The notes below the pieces were generated by a model. It made no database searches. It was not told the DNA's origin and was given only the letters and a program-made list of their open reading frames with translations. From IMG/VR virus record IMGVR_UViG_3300033067_002224, positions 1 to 38,767 of that record: DNA of 38,767 nt; one strand, 5' to 3'. Within the stretch, counting starts at the first letter, position 1. Each line of letters opens with the position of its first letter. Both the position numbers and the translations under genes were made by a program. Origin of the DNA: a virus. Its lineage: Duplodnaviria > Caudoviricetes. Shown here in pieces: positions 11,050-19,228 of the stretch.

Positions 11050-11384
11050 AAATTTCTTAACCCAGATCTATCTTGTGGTGTCATATTTTCACCTGCATCC
11101 AAAATGAAATCCATAAATGGGTTTTCAGATTCAGGTTTAACTTCTAGTTGTTTATATTGTTGTGCCGCAGCTTGTAATCCAAATGCTGAATTCATTTTTG
11201 AACGTAATTGGTTACGAACGGTGTTAGGGTCAACTCCTTGCTTTTTTATAAAATCACCAGATGTAAATGAAAATTCTTGATTTTCTTTTAATAATTTACC
11301 TTCTGTTAATAATTGAGGTAATTCTTCTTTTAGTACCTCTCTTACACATTCTTTGATAAGATGTTTAAATTGTTTTGTATTCAT
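11046..11384 (-). CDS. Hypothetical protein with repeated (L/I/V)xE motifs (possible head-associated protein)
   Basis: FKHLIKECVREVLKEELPQLLTEGKLLKE. Confidence 0.55.
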   Translation of the reverse strand: MNTKQFKHLIKECVREVLKEELPQLLTEGKLLKENQEFSFTSGDFIKKQGVDPNTVRNQLRSKMNSAFGLQAAAQQYKQLEVKPESENPFMDFILDAGENMTPQDRSGLRNL

Positions 11385-11396
11385 ATAAATAAATAT

Positions 11397-12332
11397 TTAA
11401 GCTACTAAATCGAGCGCATCAATTTGTATTTTTAATTGTTCTATTAATATATTTGGGTCTTGTGTGAACGAATATTCACTTTTTAGCACTTCACGTCCAA
11501 TACTATTTATTGCTACTGCGTAATGACGTTTATAGCCTTTTACTACAAATTCTGGGTTTTGTTCTTCTTTTAGGGCAAATGTGAATCCTTTATATGGTTC
11601 GAATTGAGTTACACGTAAACTACTTAAAAAATTATTTAATTCATCATTAGTTAGTGTAGATGTAGTTTTATCTTCTAAAATATCATTAATTTGTAATAAT
11701 TTCTTTTTTAATTCTTCCAAATCATTAACAAGGCGGGTTAAAACTGATACTACAATAGCTAGTATAGCGGCTAATCCTGATACTATTTTAGTAGCTTTTT
11801 CCATTTGTTTAGATATTCCTGTAATAATATTTAGAGGAATACCCACACCTGGTGGAACAGCTGTAGGGATGGCTATTAGAGACAATGCATTAATTAACAA
11901 ACTAAATATTTGAATAAACCCACTTAGTTTTCCCAAAACATCTTTCATTTGTAGTATTTTCTTTTCATTATCGTTTATGATGTTTATAGCAGTATCTCTT
12001 AAAACTTTGGCTTGATTTATTTGATCTTGTGTTTTAGCATTTTTTATAAATTCATTAGTTTTATTTACTAAATCATTTAATTTTGAATTTTGAGTATAAA
12101 TTTGAGATAATTGATTTGAAGCTTGTAATCCAATCACTGGGATTAGTGATTTAACTGAGTTACCTGATATTTTTGAAGTTCGTTCGCTTTGTGCTTTTTG
12201 TCTTTTAACCTTGTTACTGTTTAATTGAGTATCAATGTTGCTCTTGACATTTTTTTGTTGATCAAAAATAGATTTATATTCGTTAGAATTTTGTGAAGAT
12301 GATGGTATAGATATAAGAGAATTAACATTCAT
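11397..12332 (-). CDS. Coiled-coil protein with hydrophobic hairpin (IPTAVPPGVGIP), putative virion protein
   Basis: 311 aa; two hydrophobic helices around a Pro/Gly turn; located in the structural cluster. Confidence 0.55.
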   Translation of the reverse strand: MNVNSLISIPSSSQNSNEYKSIFDQQKNVKSNIDTQLNSNKVKRQKAQSERTSKISGNSVKSLIPVIGLQASNQLSQIYTQNSKLNDLVNKTNEFIKNAKTQDQINQAKVLRDTAINIINDNEKKILQMKDVLGKLSGFIQIFSLLINALSLIAIPTAVPPGVGIPLNIITGISKQMEKATKIVSGLAAILAIVVSVLTRLVNDLEELKKKLLQINDILEDKTTSTLTNDELNNFLSSLRVTQFEPYKGFTFALKEEQNPEFVVKGYKRHYAVAINSIGREVLKSEYSFTQDPNILIEQLKIQIDALDLVA

Positions 12333-13498
12333 TATGTTAAAAAGTTTTGAGTTGAAACAATATTTTTTAGATCTGAAATATCATTTTCTAAATTATTCAT
12401 TAATCCTTCTGCAGCTGTATTTATGTCAATAATTGGAGATCCTTCAGGAGTTGACACAGCTGCTGACAATAATGAACAGAATTCATATAAATGTGATAAA
12501 GTATTAGATAATAAGGTAATAGTTTTATTACCTAACATCATGGGTTCATCTGGTAACGTTCCATTAGGTTTAGTACCTAAAAATGTTTTAGGTGAGTTTA
12601 TATGTACTCTATTTCCTGCATTTAAGTTTATTATATTATCAGTACCAAATTCAATATTAGTTTTGGCTAAAATTAAAATATCATCTTTTTTTGAATTTAA
12701 AACTACTCTATCTGCGTTTAAAAAAATTTGAGAATTAAAATATTTGGAGACATCAGTAGGATTAGTTAAAACATTTAAAGGGCTTTTTTTAACTGAATTT
12801 AATAAAATTTTTTGATTAGTTGTAAGCCAAATAGAAGAAGCTTCTTTATTAATATCTTCAACATAAGGAATATTTGAACCAGAAATGTATTTATGACCGT
12901 TTGATAATATGGTTATAGGTTCTCCATTACCATAAGATGACCATGTGTTTTTGTTTGATATGCTTGTACCAAAACGTAATGAATTTCCTTTTCTACCTTG
13001 TAAAATATAATCTCCTTCAAAAGGTTGTATATTAGATATATTCCCTGATTCTAAAAAGGTTTGTCCTAATACTTCATTATCGTCAGATGGTTGAGCATTA
13101 TGTTGGATATTATTCCATAAATTTATTATACTTGAATAATATTTTTGAGAACTAGTGTTAACTACTTGAGAAGCGGCTGACGGTAGGTCTTCTATTACAA
13201 TTAATTCTCCTATTAAAGGATGATATAATTCATTGGGTTTTAGAGGATACGCTATTTTACAAGCATCCCAAAAATCATCACTATTTATTGTAATAATATT
13301 TTTAGCTTGCTCATAGTCTAAGTATAATACTGCTCCTAAACCACTAAATTTTCCTACACGTTCAAATTGTTTCTTAGAGGGAACATTTTCATCCATTACA
13401 ACAGCGTATACTTTACCTATTTGGTTTTGATTAATAATAGGTACAACATTCTTTCCTGACAGCGAAACTATTGGGGATAAATTCTCTCTAATTCTCAC
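12332..13498 (-). CDS. Putative baseplate hub/spike (gp5-like) protein
   Basis: PLIGELIVI N-terminal OB-like segment, FEGDYILQGRKGNSLRFG, and short beta-repeat C-terminus; adjacent to gp25/gp6-like genes. Confidence 0.55.
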   Translation of the reverse strand: MRIRENLSPIVSLSGKNVVPIINQNQIGKVYAVVMDENVPSKKQFERVGKFSGLGAVLYLDYEQAKNIITINSDDFWDACKIAYPLKPNELYHPLIGELIVIEDLPSAASQVVNTSSQKYYSSIINLWNNIQHNAQPSDDNEVLGQTFLESGNISNIQPFEGDYILQGRKGNSLRFGTSISNKNTWSSYGNGEPITILSNGHKYISGSNIPYVEDINKEASSIWLTTNQKILLNSVKKSPLNVLTNPTDVSKYFNSQIFLNADRVVLNSKKDDILILAKTNIEFGTDNIINLNAGNRVHINSPKTFLGTKPNGTLPDEPMMLGNKTITLLSNTLSHLYEFCSLLSAAVSTPEGSPIIDINTAAEGLMNNLENDISDLKNIVSTQNFLT

Positions 13499-13884
13499 TT
13501 TTTAAATTTTTTTACAAGTTCTTGTTTTTGTTCTAGTAACTTATTGCTTTCAAATTCTAACACTTTTTGTTCATTTAGTATTTGAGCAATTTCGTCTTGG
13601 TCTATGAATGATTCACTTTCTTTAGAAACGCTATTGGCTGCTCGTTGAGCTATAGCTGCCATTCTTACCAACTGATCATTATTTTTTACATTGACATCTA
13701 TTAAATCTTTAACTATAGGCATTAACATTACAGCAGAACCCGCGTTATTTACAAAGGGTTGCATTGTAAGTATTAAGCCATTTATTTGGCTATCAATATC
13801 TTTATTATTTTTATGTATTTGTTTAAACAAATCTGACAATGATGTTTTGCCAAAAATTTGTACATCTTGAAAATTATTGCTCAT
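13495..13884 (-). CDS. Hypothetical helical protein
   Basis: 129-aa ORF translationally coupled within the late cluster. Confidence 0.6.
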   Translation of the reverse strand: MSNNFQDVQIFGKTSLSDLFKQIHKNNKDIDSQINGLILTMQPFVNNAGSAVMLMPIVKDLIDVNVKNNDQLVRMAAIAQRAANSVSKESESFIDQDEIAQILNEQKVLEFESNKLLEQKQELVKKFKK

Positions 13885-14644
13885 TTTCTAATTCTTGTTT
13901 TAATTTTAATAGGTCATAGTATACTTTAGATAAGGTACCCATATCTAACATTTTCATCCATACTATGATATTGGATTTAGCATTCCACCCATGGTTATAA
14001 CATATACCTGATATACTACGATCTCTATTTGTTGAATAATTTGGGATATGTAATATATCTACAACTAAATTTTGAATTGTACTGGGAGTTATTTTTGGTT
14101 TATTTACACCAATTTCCTGAAGTTTATCTTTATATGTTTTTCTTAGGTAATGATATAGTTTATTTATAGTGGTTTGATCTAATGATTGAAGCCAATCACC
14201 AAGTGCTCCATTACCTGCTCCATATTGTTTTAATACATCAAACATTTTAGAGTATTCTTTATCTCCAATTTTATAATATAAATCATACAATAGACTATCA
14301 AATTTATCTGGGGTAATATTGGGGTTATTAACACCAATTTCTTTTAAGTCATCAACTATTTGAACTTGGTCTTTAGGAATACCGTATACACTAGTAGTAT
14401 TCCATCTATCTACTTTTAGAGGTTTTAGAAATTTGAAAAATTTTTTATTTTCACATTTGCGAATATCTCTAGGGGGAATATATCTTGCGTAATATTCTGA
14501 AAAACTTGGATCATAAATTTTTCCATCATAAAATTCCCATCTTTCAATTATAATTCTCCCCAACATATCCCTATTAACTTTTTTAGCTTTTAATTTATTA
14601 GGGTTAATTATACCAATTTCTTTTAAGATTTCCATGAACTTCAT
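13874..14644 (-). CDS. EIGxNxP modular family protein, architecture leader-A-B-B
   Basis: MKFMEILKE|IGIINP...YGIPKDQVQIVDDLKE|IGVNNP...LQE|IGVNKP... Confidence 0.8.
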   Translation of the reverse strand: MKFMEILKEIGIINPNKLKAKKVNRDMLGRIIIERWEFYDGKIYDPSFSEYYARYIPPRDIRKCENKKFFKFLKPLKVDRWNTTSVYGIPKDQVQIVDDLKEIGVNNPNITPDKFDSLLYDLYYKIGDKEYSKMFDVLKQYGAGNGALGDWLQSLDQTTINKLYHYLRKTYKDKLQEIGVNKPKITPSTIQNLVVDILHIPNYSTNRDRSISGICYNHGWNAKSNIIVWMKMLDMGTLSKVYYDLLKLKQELENEQ

Positions 14645-14661
14645 AGCAATAAATATGTACT

Positions 14662-15387
14662 TTATATAGTTATTGTGTCTGTTTCATAGTATTCATTAAA
14701 TAAGCGTAATCTAATGGTATCTAATTTTTTAATAATTTTAGTTATGTGAGGTGTAGAAGAATCCGTCATTTCGCGTATGTAAATGTAGAGAGCTTTTTTA
14801 TTAAAGATAGTTAGTGAATCTCTTTTACGAAATAATTCTAGGATAGTATTTGCTATGTGGGCGTCTTGTTTCTTGGGGAATAATTTAACCAAATAAATAT
14901 CCATATACTGTATAAATAATCCTATAAATCGAGATAAGTCTGGTGAGATGTCTGGGATATCTTGTAGAGCTTCATTTTCTTCATCATTAACTTCTTCTAG
15001 ATCTGCTTTGTTTTGAAGTTTTTGATAATTTTTTTCATTATATAGAATAAGATATCTTTTAGCTATTGTACCAAAATAGCTATATGCTTTACCTTTTTCA
15101 ACATTGTAAAGATGCATTTTCTCTAGTAAGAAAGTGATAACTTCATGTTTCAATTCTTCAATAGAGTCGTTGTCAGTGTAGTAAAATTTAAAGGTGTGAA
15201 TAATATTTTCTGCTAATTTATAGAAAGCATATTCTATTTCATTCTTATATAGAGCGTCTCTTTCAGACTGATCTGTTAGCAGAACATATTTTATTATTGC
15301 TTTTTCCGTTTGGTCGGAAAAATATACGCGAGGTTCTTTTGGTTTACGTTTTCTTGGGGTTCCTTTTTTAGTTAAGCCTGTATTCAT
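14662..15387 (-). CDS. Sigma factor-like protein (T4 gp55-like late sigma)
   Basis: YFS...AFYKLAENII...YNVEKGKAYSYFGTIAKRYLI resembles sigma region 2 of gp55-type proteins; sits at the head of the structural cluster. Confidence 0.65.
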   Translation of the reverse strand: MNTGLTKKGTPRKRKPKEPRVYFSDQTEKAIIKYVLLTDQSERDALYKNEIEYAFYKLAENIIHTFKFYYTDNDSIEELKHEVITFLLEKMHLYNVEKGKAYSYFGTIAKRYLILYNEKNYQKLQNKADLEEVNDEENEALQDIPDISPDLSRFIGLFIQYMDIYLVKLFPKKQDAHIANTILELFRKRDSLTIFNKKALYIYIREMTDSSTPHITKIIKKLDTIRLRLFNEYYETDTITI

Positions 15388-15442
15388 ACATATTTTGATT
15401 TTTTACGTCAAAATAAGTATAAATTTAGGCCCAACCAAATTT

Positions 15443-15712
15443 TTATATGGAATTTCTCATTCCATTAATGTTTTCTTGTATTTCTTTTAAATTTTCAAAG
15501 AAAATACCAACTTCATCATCTGAACGGAATGCACCATTAATATCTAATTCTTTGAGTTTTTCATTAGAATTATTGATGTAAATATCCATAGCATTAATAT
15601 ATTGATATTGTTTTCTAACAGTATCTTCTAATTTATTATTTTTCCTTATAAGGAGATAAATAGCTATTCCCATTAGTTCAAATGTGTGGATAAGTATAAG
15701 TGTTAAAATCAT
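15443..15712 (-). CDS. Small membrane-anchored coiled-coil protein
   Basis: N-terminal hydrophobic helix; GAFRSDDEVGIFF. Confidence 0.6.
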   Translation of the reverse strand: MILTLILIHTFELMGIAIYLLIRKNNKLEDTVRKQYQYINAMDIYINNSNEKLKELDINGAFRSDDEVGIFFENLKEIQENINGMRNSI

Positions 15713-15915
15713 TATATAATTCTCCCTTTAAATTGTTCTTCGAATTCATCATATTCAATAGAAACCATTTCTTTAATACCTTCAAGCTGTTCTTTAATTA
15801 ATTCTAAATTAGAACTAACCTCCGCTTCCATATTTCTATTTATTGCTAGTTGTAAACGGCTAACTGTTCCGTTTAGTTGATCTAACTTTTGTAATACATT
15901 TTCTTTATATCTCAT
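15712..15915 (-). CDS. Hypothetical protein
   Basis: 67-aa ORF with TAATG coupling to the next gene. Confidence 0.6.
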   Translation of the reverse strand: MRYKENVLQKLDQLNGTVSRLQLAINRNMEAEVSSNLELIKEQLEGIKEMVSIEYDEFEEQFKGRII

Positions 15916-15953
15916 AATGTTTATTATTTTTATATAAATATATAAATATAGTT

Positions 15954-15985
15954 TAAAGATATTAAATTTCTTTCATACTTCCAAA
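15954..15985 (-). promoter_or_regulatory. Bacteroidota-type promoter candidate TTTG-N20-TATCTTTA
   Basis: Matches the -33 TTTG / -7 TAnnTTTG consensus with one mismatch; lies just after a terminator and upstream of 15915. Confidence 0.5.
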
Positions 15986-16004
15986 TTTATTTTTTTCTTG
16001 AGCA

Positions 16005-16035
16005 GAAAAAAAGTGACCAATAATTTGGTCACTTT
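16005..16035 (-). terminator. Intrinsic terminator separating accessory and late regions
   Basis: AAAGTGACCAA-taat-TTGGTCACTTT stem with a U-tract on the minus strand. Confidence 0.8.
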
Positions 16036-16056
16036 ATGTTTTAACTTTGAGTTATG

Positions 16057-16227
16057 TTAAAACGGAATAGGCCAAGGTGCATTCCCTCTTTTAGGGCGTG
16101 CATCTACTTGGAGATCATGACGGGCTTCTATTTTGGGGTCTCGAGGCAATGTAGGTCTATTTTTAGATGTACCCGCATACGTTTGAACTGCTACAAACAT
16201 TAACAAAATAATCATTACTTTTTTCAT
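16057..16227 (-). CDS. Small secreted peptide (56 aa)
   Basis: Hand-translated MKKVMIILLMFVAVQTYA|GTSKNRP...PWPIPF; signal-peptide-like N-terminus. Confidence 0.55.
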   Translation of the reverse strand: MKKVMIILLMFVAVQTYAGTSKNRPTLPRDPKIEARHDLQVDARPKRGNAPWPIPF

Positions 16228-16231
16228 ATTA

Positions 16232-16495
16232 TTACCATTTATATTTTTTAATTGCTTTTTTAAGCTGTTTTGTTTTTTGCTGGATGTCTTTTATATTTTC
16301 AAATTTTCCAAGAGATTCATAAATGTCGCTCTCTTCTATGCCTAACTTTTGCATATAGCTAAAGTATTCATTTATAACTTGTTTTAGGCGTTCTCTTTTT
16401 TGTTTGGGAGTGTGAAAATGTTGATAGAATATATAACCTAACAGGATGCAATATCCTGCAAAGCATGCTAACATTCCTACAAATATACTTTCCAC
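16232..16495 (-). CDS. Small membrane protein
   Basis: N-terminal TM segment. Confidence 0.55.
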   Translation of the reverse strand: MESIFVGMLACFAGYCILLGYIFYQHFHTPKQKRERLKQVINEYFSYMQKLGIEESDIYESLGKFENIKDIQQKTKQLKKAIKKYKW

Positions 16496-16510
16496 ATAAA
16501 TAAATATAAT

Positions 16511-17263
16511 TTAAATTTGTCCTAAAAACATATTAAATAGAGCTTGGTGCCCAGATCCATAAGTAGACATATATTTAGGTTGTTTTTCGTCTCCTATTGT
16601 AACAAAGAAATCACATTTTTCCAGGTCTACTTCAAAAGTACGAAGATCATCTTTTACATCATATGACTCTTTAAATGTTTTTAAAATATTATCTGGAATG
16701 TTTTTTGGTAATTTATGTATTAAACCTTCTAAGTACATAACGTCGTATAACTTAAAATCATTTAAAAGTTTTATCATTAACGCGTCATGATTACCATCTA
16801 TATTATATACTTTTCTTAGTTTTAAGTACATTTGGATTGCGTTAAATGTACGCATTGGGGCAGACATAAAAGTAGCAGGTGGGGCTGCAGTTATTTCTTC
16901 TAGGCCTGAATAAACTACAGAATGTATCTTTCCGCCTAATAAAGTTACTCTAAGAAAAGCACCTGATACCCAGTCAGCTCCTACTATTCCGTCAATATTT
17001 TGATTATCAAATGATTTATCAAAAGTAAATTGAGCCAATTCATTTAATTGAGGACCTTTTAACTTAGCGTGAACAATAGCTGACATAATGTATGATAATA
17101 CAAATACATTTACAAGTACAAATGTTTTACCTGTGCCATTTTTCCCAGTATATAAATTTAAACTGTTCATTTCTATGTGGTCAAAGTTCATACTTAGTGG
17201 TTCTGTAATATTAATTACAAGATGACTTATGTGTCCTATTGACTTTGCTGCTACTTTTTCCAT
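16511..17263 (-). CDS. P-loop ATPase-like protein (ABC/AAA_21-type, apparently lacking Walker B)
   Basis: LNLYTGKNGTGKT Walker A; ends right after a signature-like YGSGHQ. Confidence 0.6.
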   Translation of the reverse strand: MEKVAAKSIGHISHLVINITEPLSMNFDHIEMNSLNLYTGKNGTGKTFVLVNVFVLSYIMSAIVHAKLKGPQLNELAQFTFDKSFDNQNIDGIVGADWVSGAFLRVTLLGGKIHSVVYSGLEEITAAPPATFMSAPMRTFNAIQMYLKLRKVYNIDGNHDALMIKLLNDFKLYDVMYLEGLIHKLPKNIPDNILKTFKESYDVKDDLRTFEVDLEKCDFFVTIGDEKQPKYMSTYGSGHQALFNMFLGQI

Positions 17264-17475
17264 TTGTCTTTAAAATATTGATTAATAAATGAGTATTTAA
17301 AACCTTGTTCAAGTAATCTTTTTGTACCTATTTTTTTTAGGATTCTTTGTTTTTCCTTTGAAAGAATTGGCCCTGGTGCAAGGTCGCAACTTCTATATCT
17401 ATTACAGTATGGATTTTGTCCGCAATCGTGGATTCCCAATTCGTAATCTATTTCATCTTTGCTTAGCTTAACCAT
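17251..17475 (-). CDS. Hypothetical protein
   Basis: ORF tiling with neighbours. Confidence 0.5.
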   Translation of the reverse strand: MVKLSKDEIDYELGIHDCGQNPYCNRYRSCDLAPGPILSKEKQRILKKIGTKRLLEQGFKYSFINQYFKDKWKK

Positions 17476-17728
17476 CTATTATGGTTATATAGTCAACTTC
17501 TTCTTGTTTGCAAAAACCGTCAATAATTTGTTTTAGTAAAGGATTACTACTTGATGCCTCATTCGGATCATCAGACCCTGATGCATATATTTCTTTGTGA
17601 GATGCTTCATAAAATGGTATATAGCCATCCTCTCTAAGCAATTCAATGGCTTCATTCCACGAACAAATATCATTTGTTGAGGCAAATGATAACAAATCTG
17701 TGTATGGGTAAACGTTATCTATTTTCAT
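17468..17728 (-). CDS. Hypothetical protein (likely start MKIDNVY)
   Basis: ATGA overlap with the upstream stop at 17725-17728. Confidence 0.55.
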   Translation of the reverse strand: MKIDNVYPYTDLLSFASTNDICSWNEAIELLREDGYIPFYEASHKEIYASGSDDPNEASSSNPLLKQIIDGFCKQEEVDYITIIDG

Positions 17729-18078
17729 TTTATTAAATTTTGTAGAGTGTATAATAAAGCTGCTTCTGTTGCTTCTTCTGATGAAGAAAAATCCCATTCA
17801 TCACTATCATTTTTATAAACGTAATTCTTTTCATTTTTATCATCCCATATCTCCCAACTATATTTTTTAGTTGTAATTGAAAATTGACTCCCAAAAATAT
17901 GTATTCCAAAATTCTCTCTTATCCATTTAATAGCAAGAGAGTGAGTAGGTTTTCTTACCGACATTTCTCCAACTTTTTCAAAGTCCCAATAAGGAGAACT
18001 AACGTCAAATCCCTTCTCCTTTAAAAGTTTTGAAACTTCAAATGAGCAATAATCTTCTTGTGTGTTATTATTTATCAT
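17725..18078 (-). CDS. Phage hypothetical protein (SFEVSKLLKEKGF type)
   Basis: Likely start MINNNTQ; motifs PTHSLAIKWIRE and EEATEAAL. Confidence 0.6.
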   Translation of the reverse strand: MINNNTQEDYCSFEVSKLLKEKGFDVSSPYWDFEKVGEMSVRKPTHSLAIKWIRENFGIHIFGSQFSITTKKYSWEIWDDKNEKNYVYKNDSDEWDFSSSEEATEAALLYTLQNLIK

Positions 18079-18424
18079 TTTTAATAATTTGGTAGCCATT
18101 ATCTTCTAATGATTTTTTAAGCATTTTAAATAACTCTCTACCTTCAACACAATGTTGTAGAATATTATCTAAATACCTTGAGTATACTGATTTTAAATGC
18201 ATAAGTACCCCTGCATGATCTTGAATATGAATTTCAGTTAGTTCTTTTATTTCATATGATTTACCAAACCAAGGTTTCTTGGTACGAGTCTCTATTTTCC
18301 ACCCAGAAACCCAACACACATCAACAGATGTGACCCTATTAGGGTATTCTTCAATTGTTGATGTTAAAACAAATTTACCTTTAAGATTTTCCAAGGTAGC
18401 AATTACCTTATCTGTGGCTCTCAT
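18068..18424 (-). CDS. Hypothetical protein
   Basis: ORF tiling. Confidence 0.55.
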   Translation of the reverse strand: MRATDKVIATLENLKGKFVLTSTIEEYPNRVTSVDVCWVSGWKIETRTKKPWFGKSYEIKELTEIHIQDHAGVLMHLKSVYSRYLDNILQHCVEGRELFKMLKKSLEDNGYQIIKNDK

Positions 18425-18429
18425 TTATA

Positions 18430-18642
18430 TTAATTTTTAATTTTAGCGTATTGTTTTGTAGGTTGTAAAGGATGAGAATATATTTCATATTCTACTTCTT
18501 GTCCCAAAATACATTTAGACCAATCTGAAGGATATACAGGTATAGTATCACCTACTACTGGTTGGCCTAAAAAATCTTTATGTCCTGGAATTTCTATTTC
18601 CCAATGATTGTGGGAATCGAGTTTAACTTTTCCTATTTTCAT
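18430..18642 (-). CDS. Hypothetical protein
   Basis: ORF tiling; PVYPSDW...GQEVEYE resembles PLHPNDW...GKEIEFE of 22013..22501. Confidence 0.55.
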   Translation of the reverse strand: MKIGKVKLDSHNHWEIEIPGHKDFLGQPVVGDTIPVYPSDWSKCILGQEVEYEIYSHPLQPTKQYAKIKN

Positions 18643-19024
18643 AACGTTTTAAGTGTTTTTGTATGTTTTCTCTACCAACTGGATTCATAGAATGAATGAA
18701 GTAGATAGGTAAAGGTAAACTTTTTGCTAAACAATAAGCTGTTAACCATTGAGCACAATCGTACCCAGATAGTTCTTCTCCTTTAAAATAATTTTCCTCC
18801 CAATCTTCTTGGGTAGAAATAGAATAATGTTCTTCTGCCAAGTCATGGTCAAAAGATATATGAGTAGGTAATCCTTTTTCTTGAATAGTTTCAACAAAAT
18901 CTTTATAGTTTCTAACTATAACCCATTCATGTAATCTAAATTCAGGACGAAGTTCGACAGGATTGATGTAATTTCCAACCATCCATGGTTCTCTTACATC
19001 GTCTAAAAATAGCCTATAACTCAT
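18623..19024 (-). CDS. Cyclic-phosphate-processing receiver-like domain protein
   Basis: LFLDDVR...ISFDHDL...SGYDCAQWL...HSMNPVG motifs; start MSYRLF by ATGA overlap. Confidence 0.8.
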   Translation of the reverse strand: MSYRLFLDDVREPWMVGNYINPVELRPEFRLHEWVIVRNYKDFVETIQEKGLPTHISFDHDLAEEHYSISTQEDWEENYFKGEELSGYDCAQWLTAYCLAKSLPLPIYFIHSMNPVGRENIQKHLKRYENRKS

Positions 19025-19227
19025 AATGAATTTAATAATTCTTGTTTTGATGAAAAAAGTAGACATTCATCAATTGTTGAAGATATTCCCTGAAAAACGT
19101 AGGATATTTTTATTCTAAAACTTGAGTCTACTTCAGTTTTAATAGACCAAATCCCTTGGGAATAAGGTTTATTATCTTTCATAAACCATACTTCAGCTCC
19201 GATTTCGAATTTTGTTGTTATCGTCAT
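19021..19227 (-). CDS. Hypothetical protein
   Basis: TKFEIGAEVWF...LFSSKQELL, a common small phage protein pattern. Confidence 0.6.
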   Translation of the reverse strand: MTITTKFEIGAEVWFMKDNKPYSQGIWSIKTEVDSSFRIKISYVFQGISSTIDECLLFSSKQELLNSL

Positions 19228-19228
19228 T

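Larger units (their letters stand above)
4579..14620 (-). repeat. Dispersed 20-bp motif (consensus GAAATTGGTRTWAATAAHCC, minus strand) encoding E-I-G-(V/I)-N-x-P, 11 copies
   Basis: Copies at 4579-4598, 4837-4856, 6187-6206, 6481-6500, 7706-7725, 9997-10016, 10748-10767, 11003-11022, 14097-14116, 14322-14341, 14601-14620. Copies 4837-4856 and 14097-14116 are identical. Confidence 0.9.

Noticed and set aside
4579-14620. CRISPR array or DGR explanation for the 20-bp repeats
   Set aside because: Copies are in-frame, irregularly spaced (hundreds to thousands of bp) and vary mostly in codon-compatible ways; there is no cas or reverse transcriptase gene and no adenine-specific TR/VR pair.
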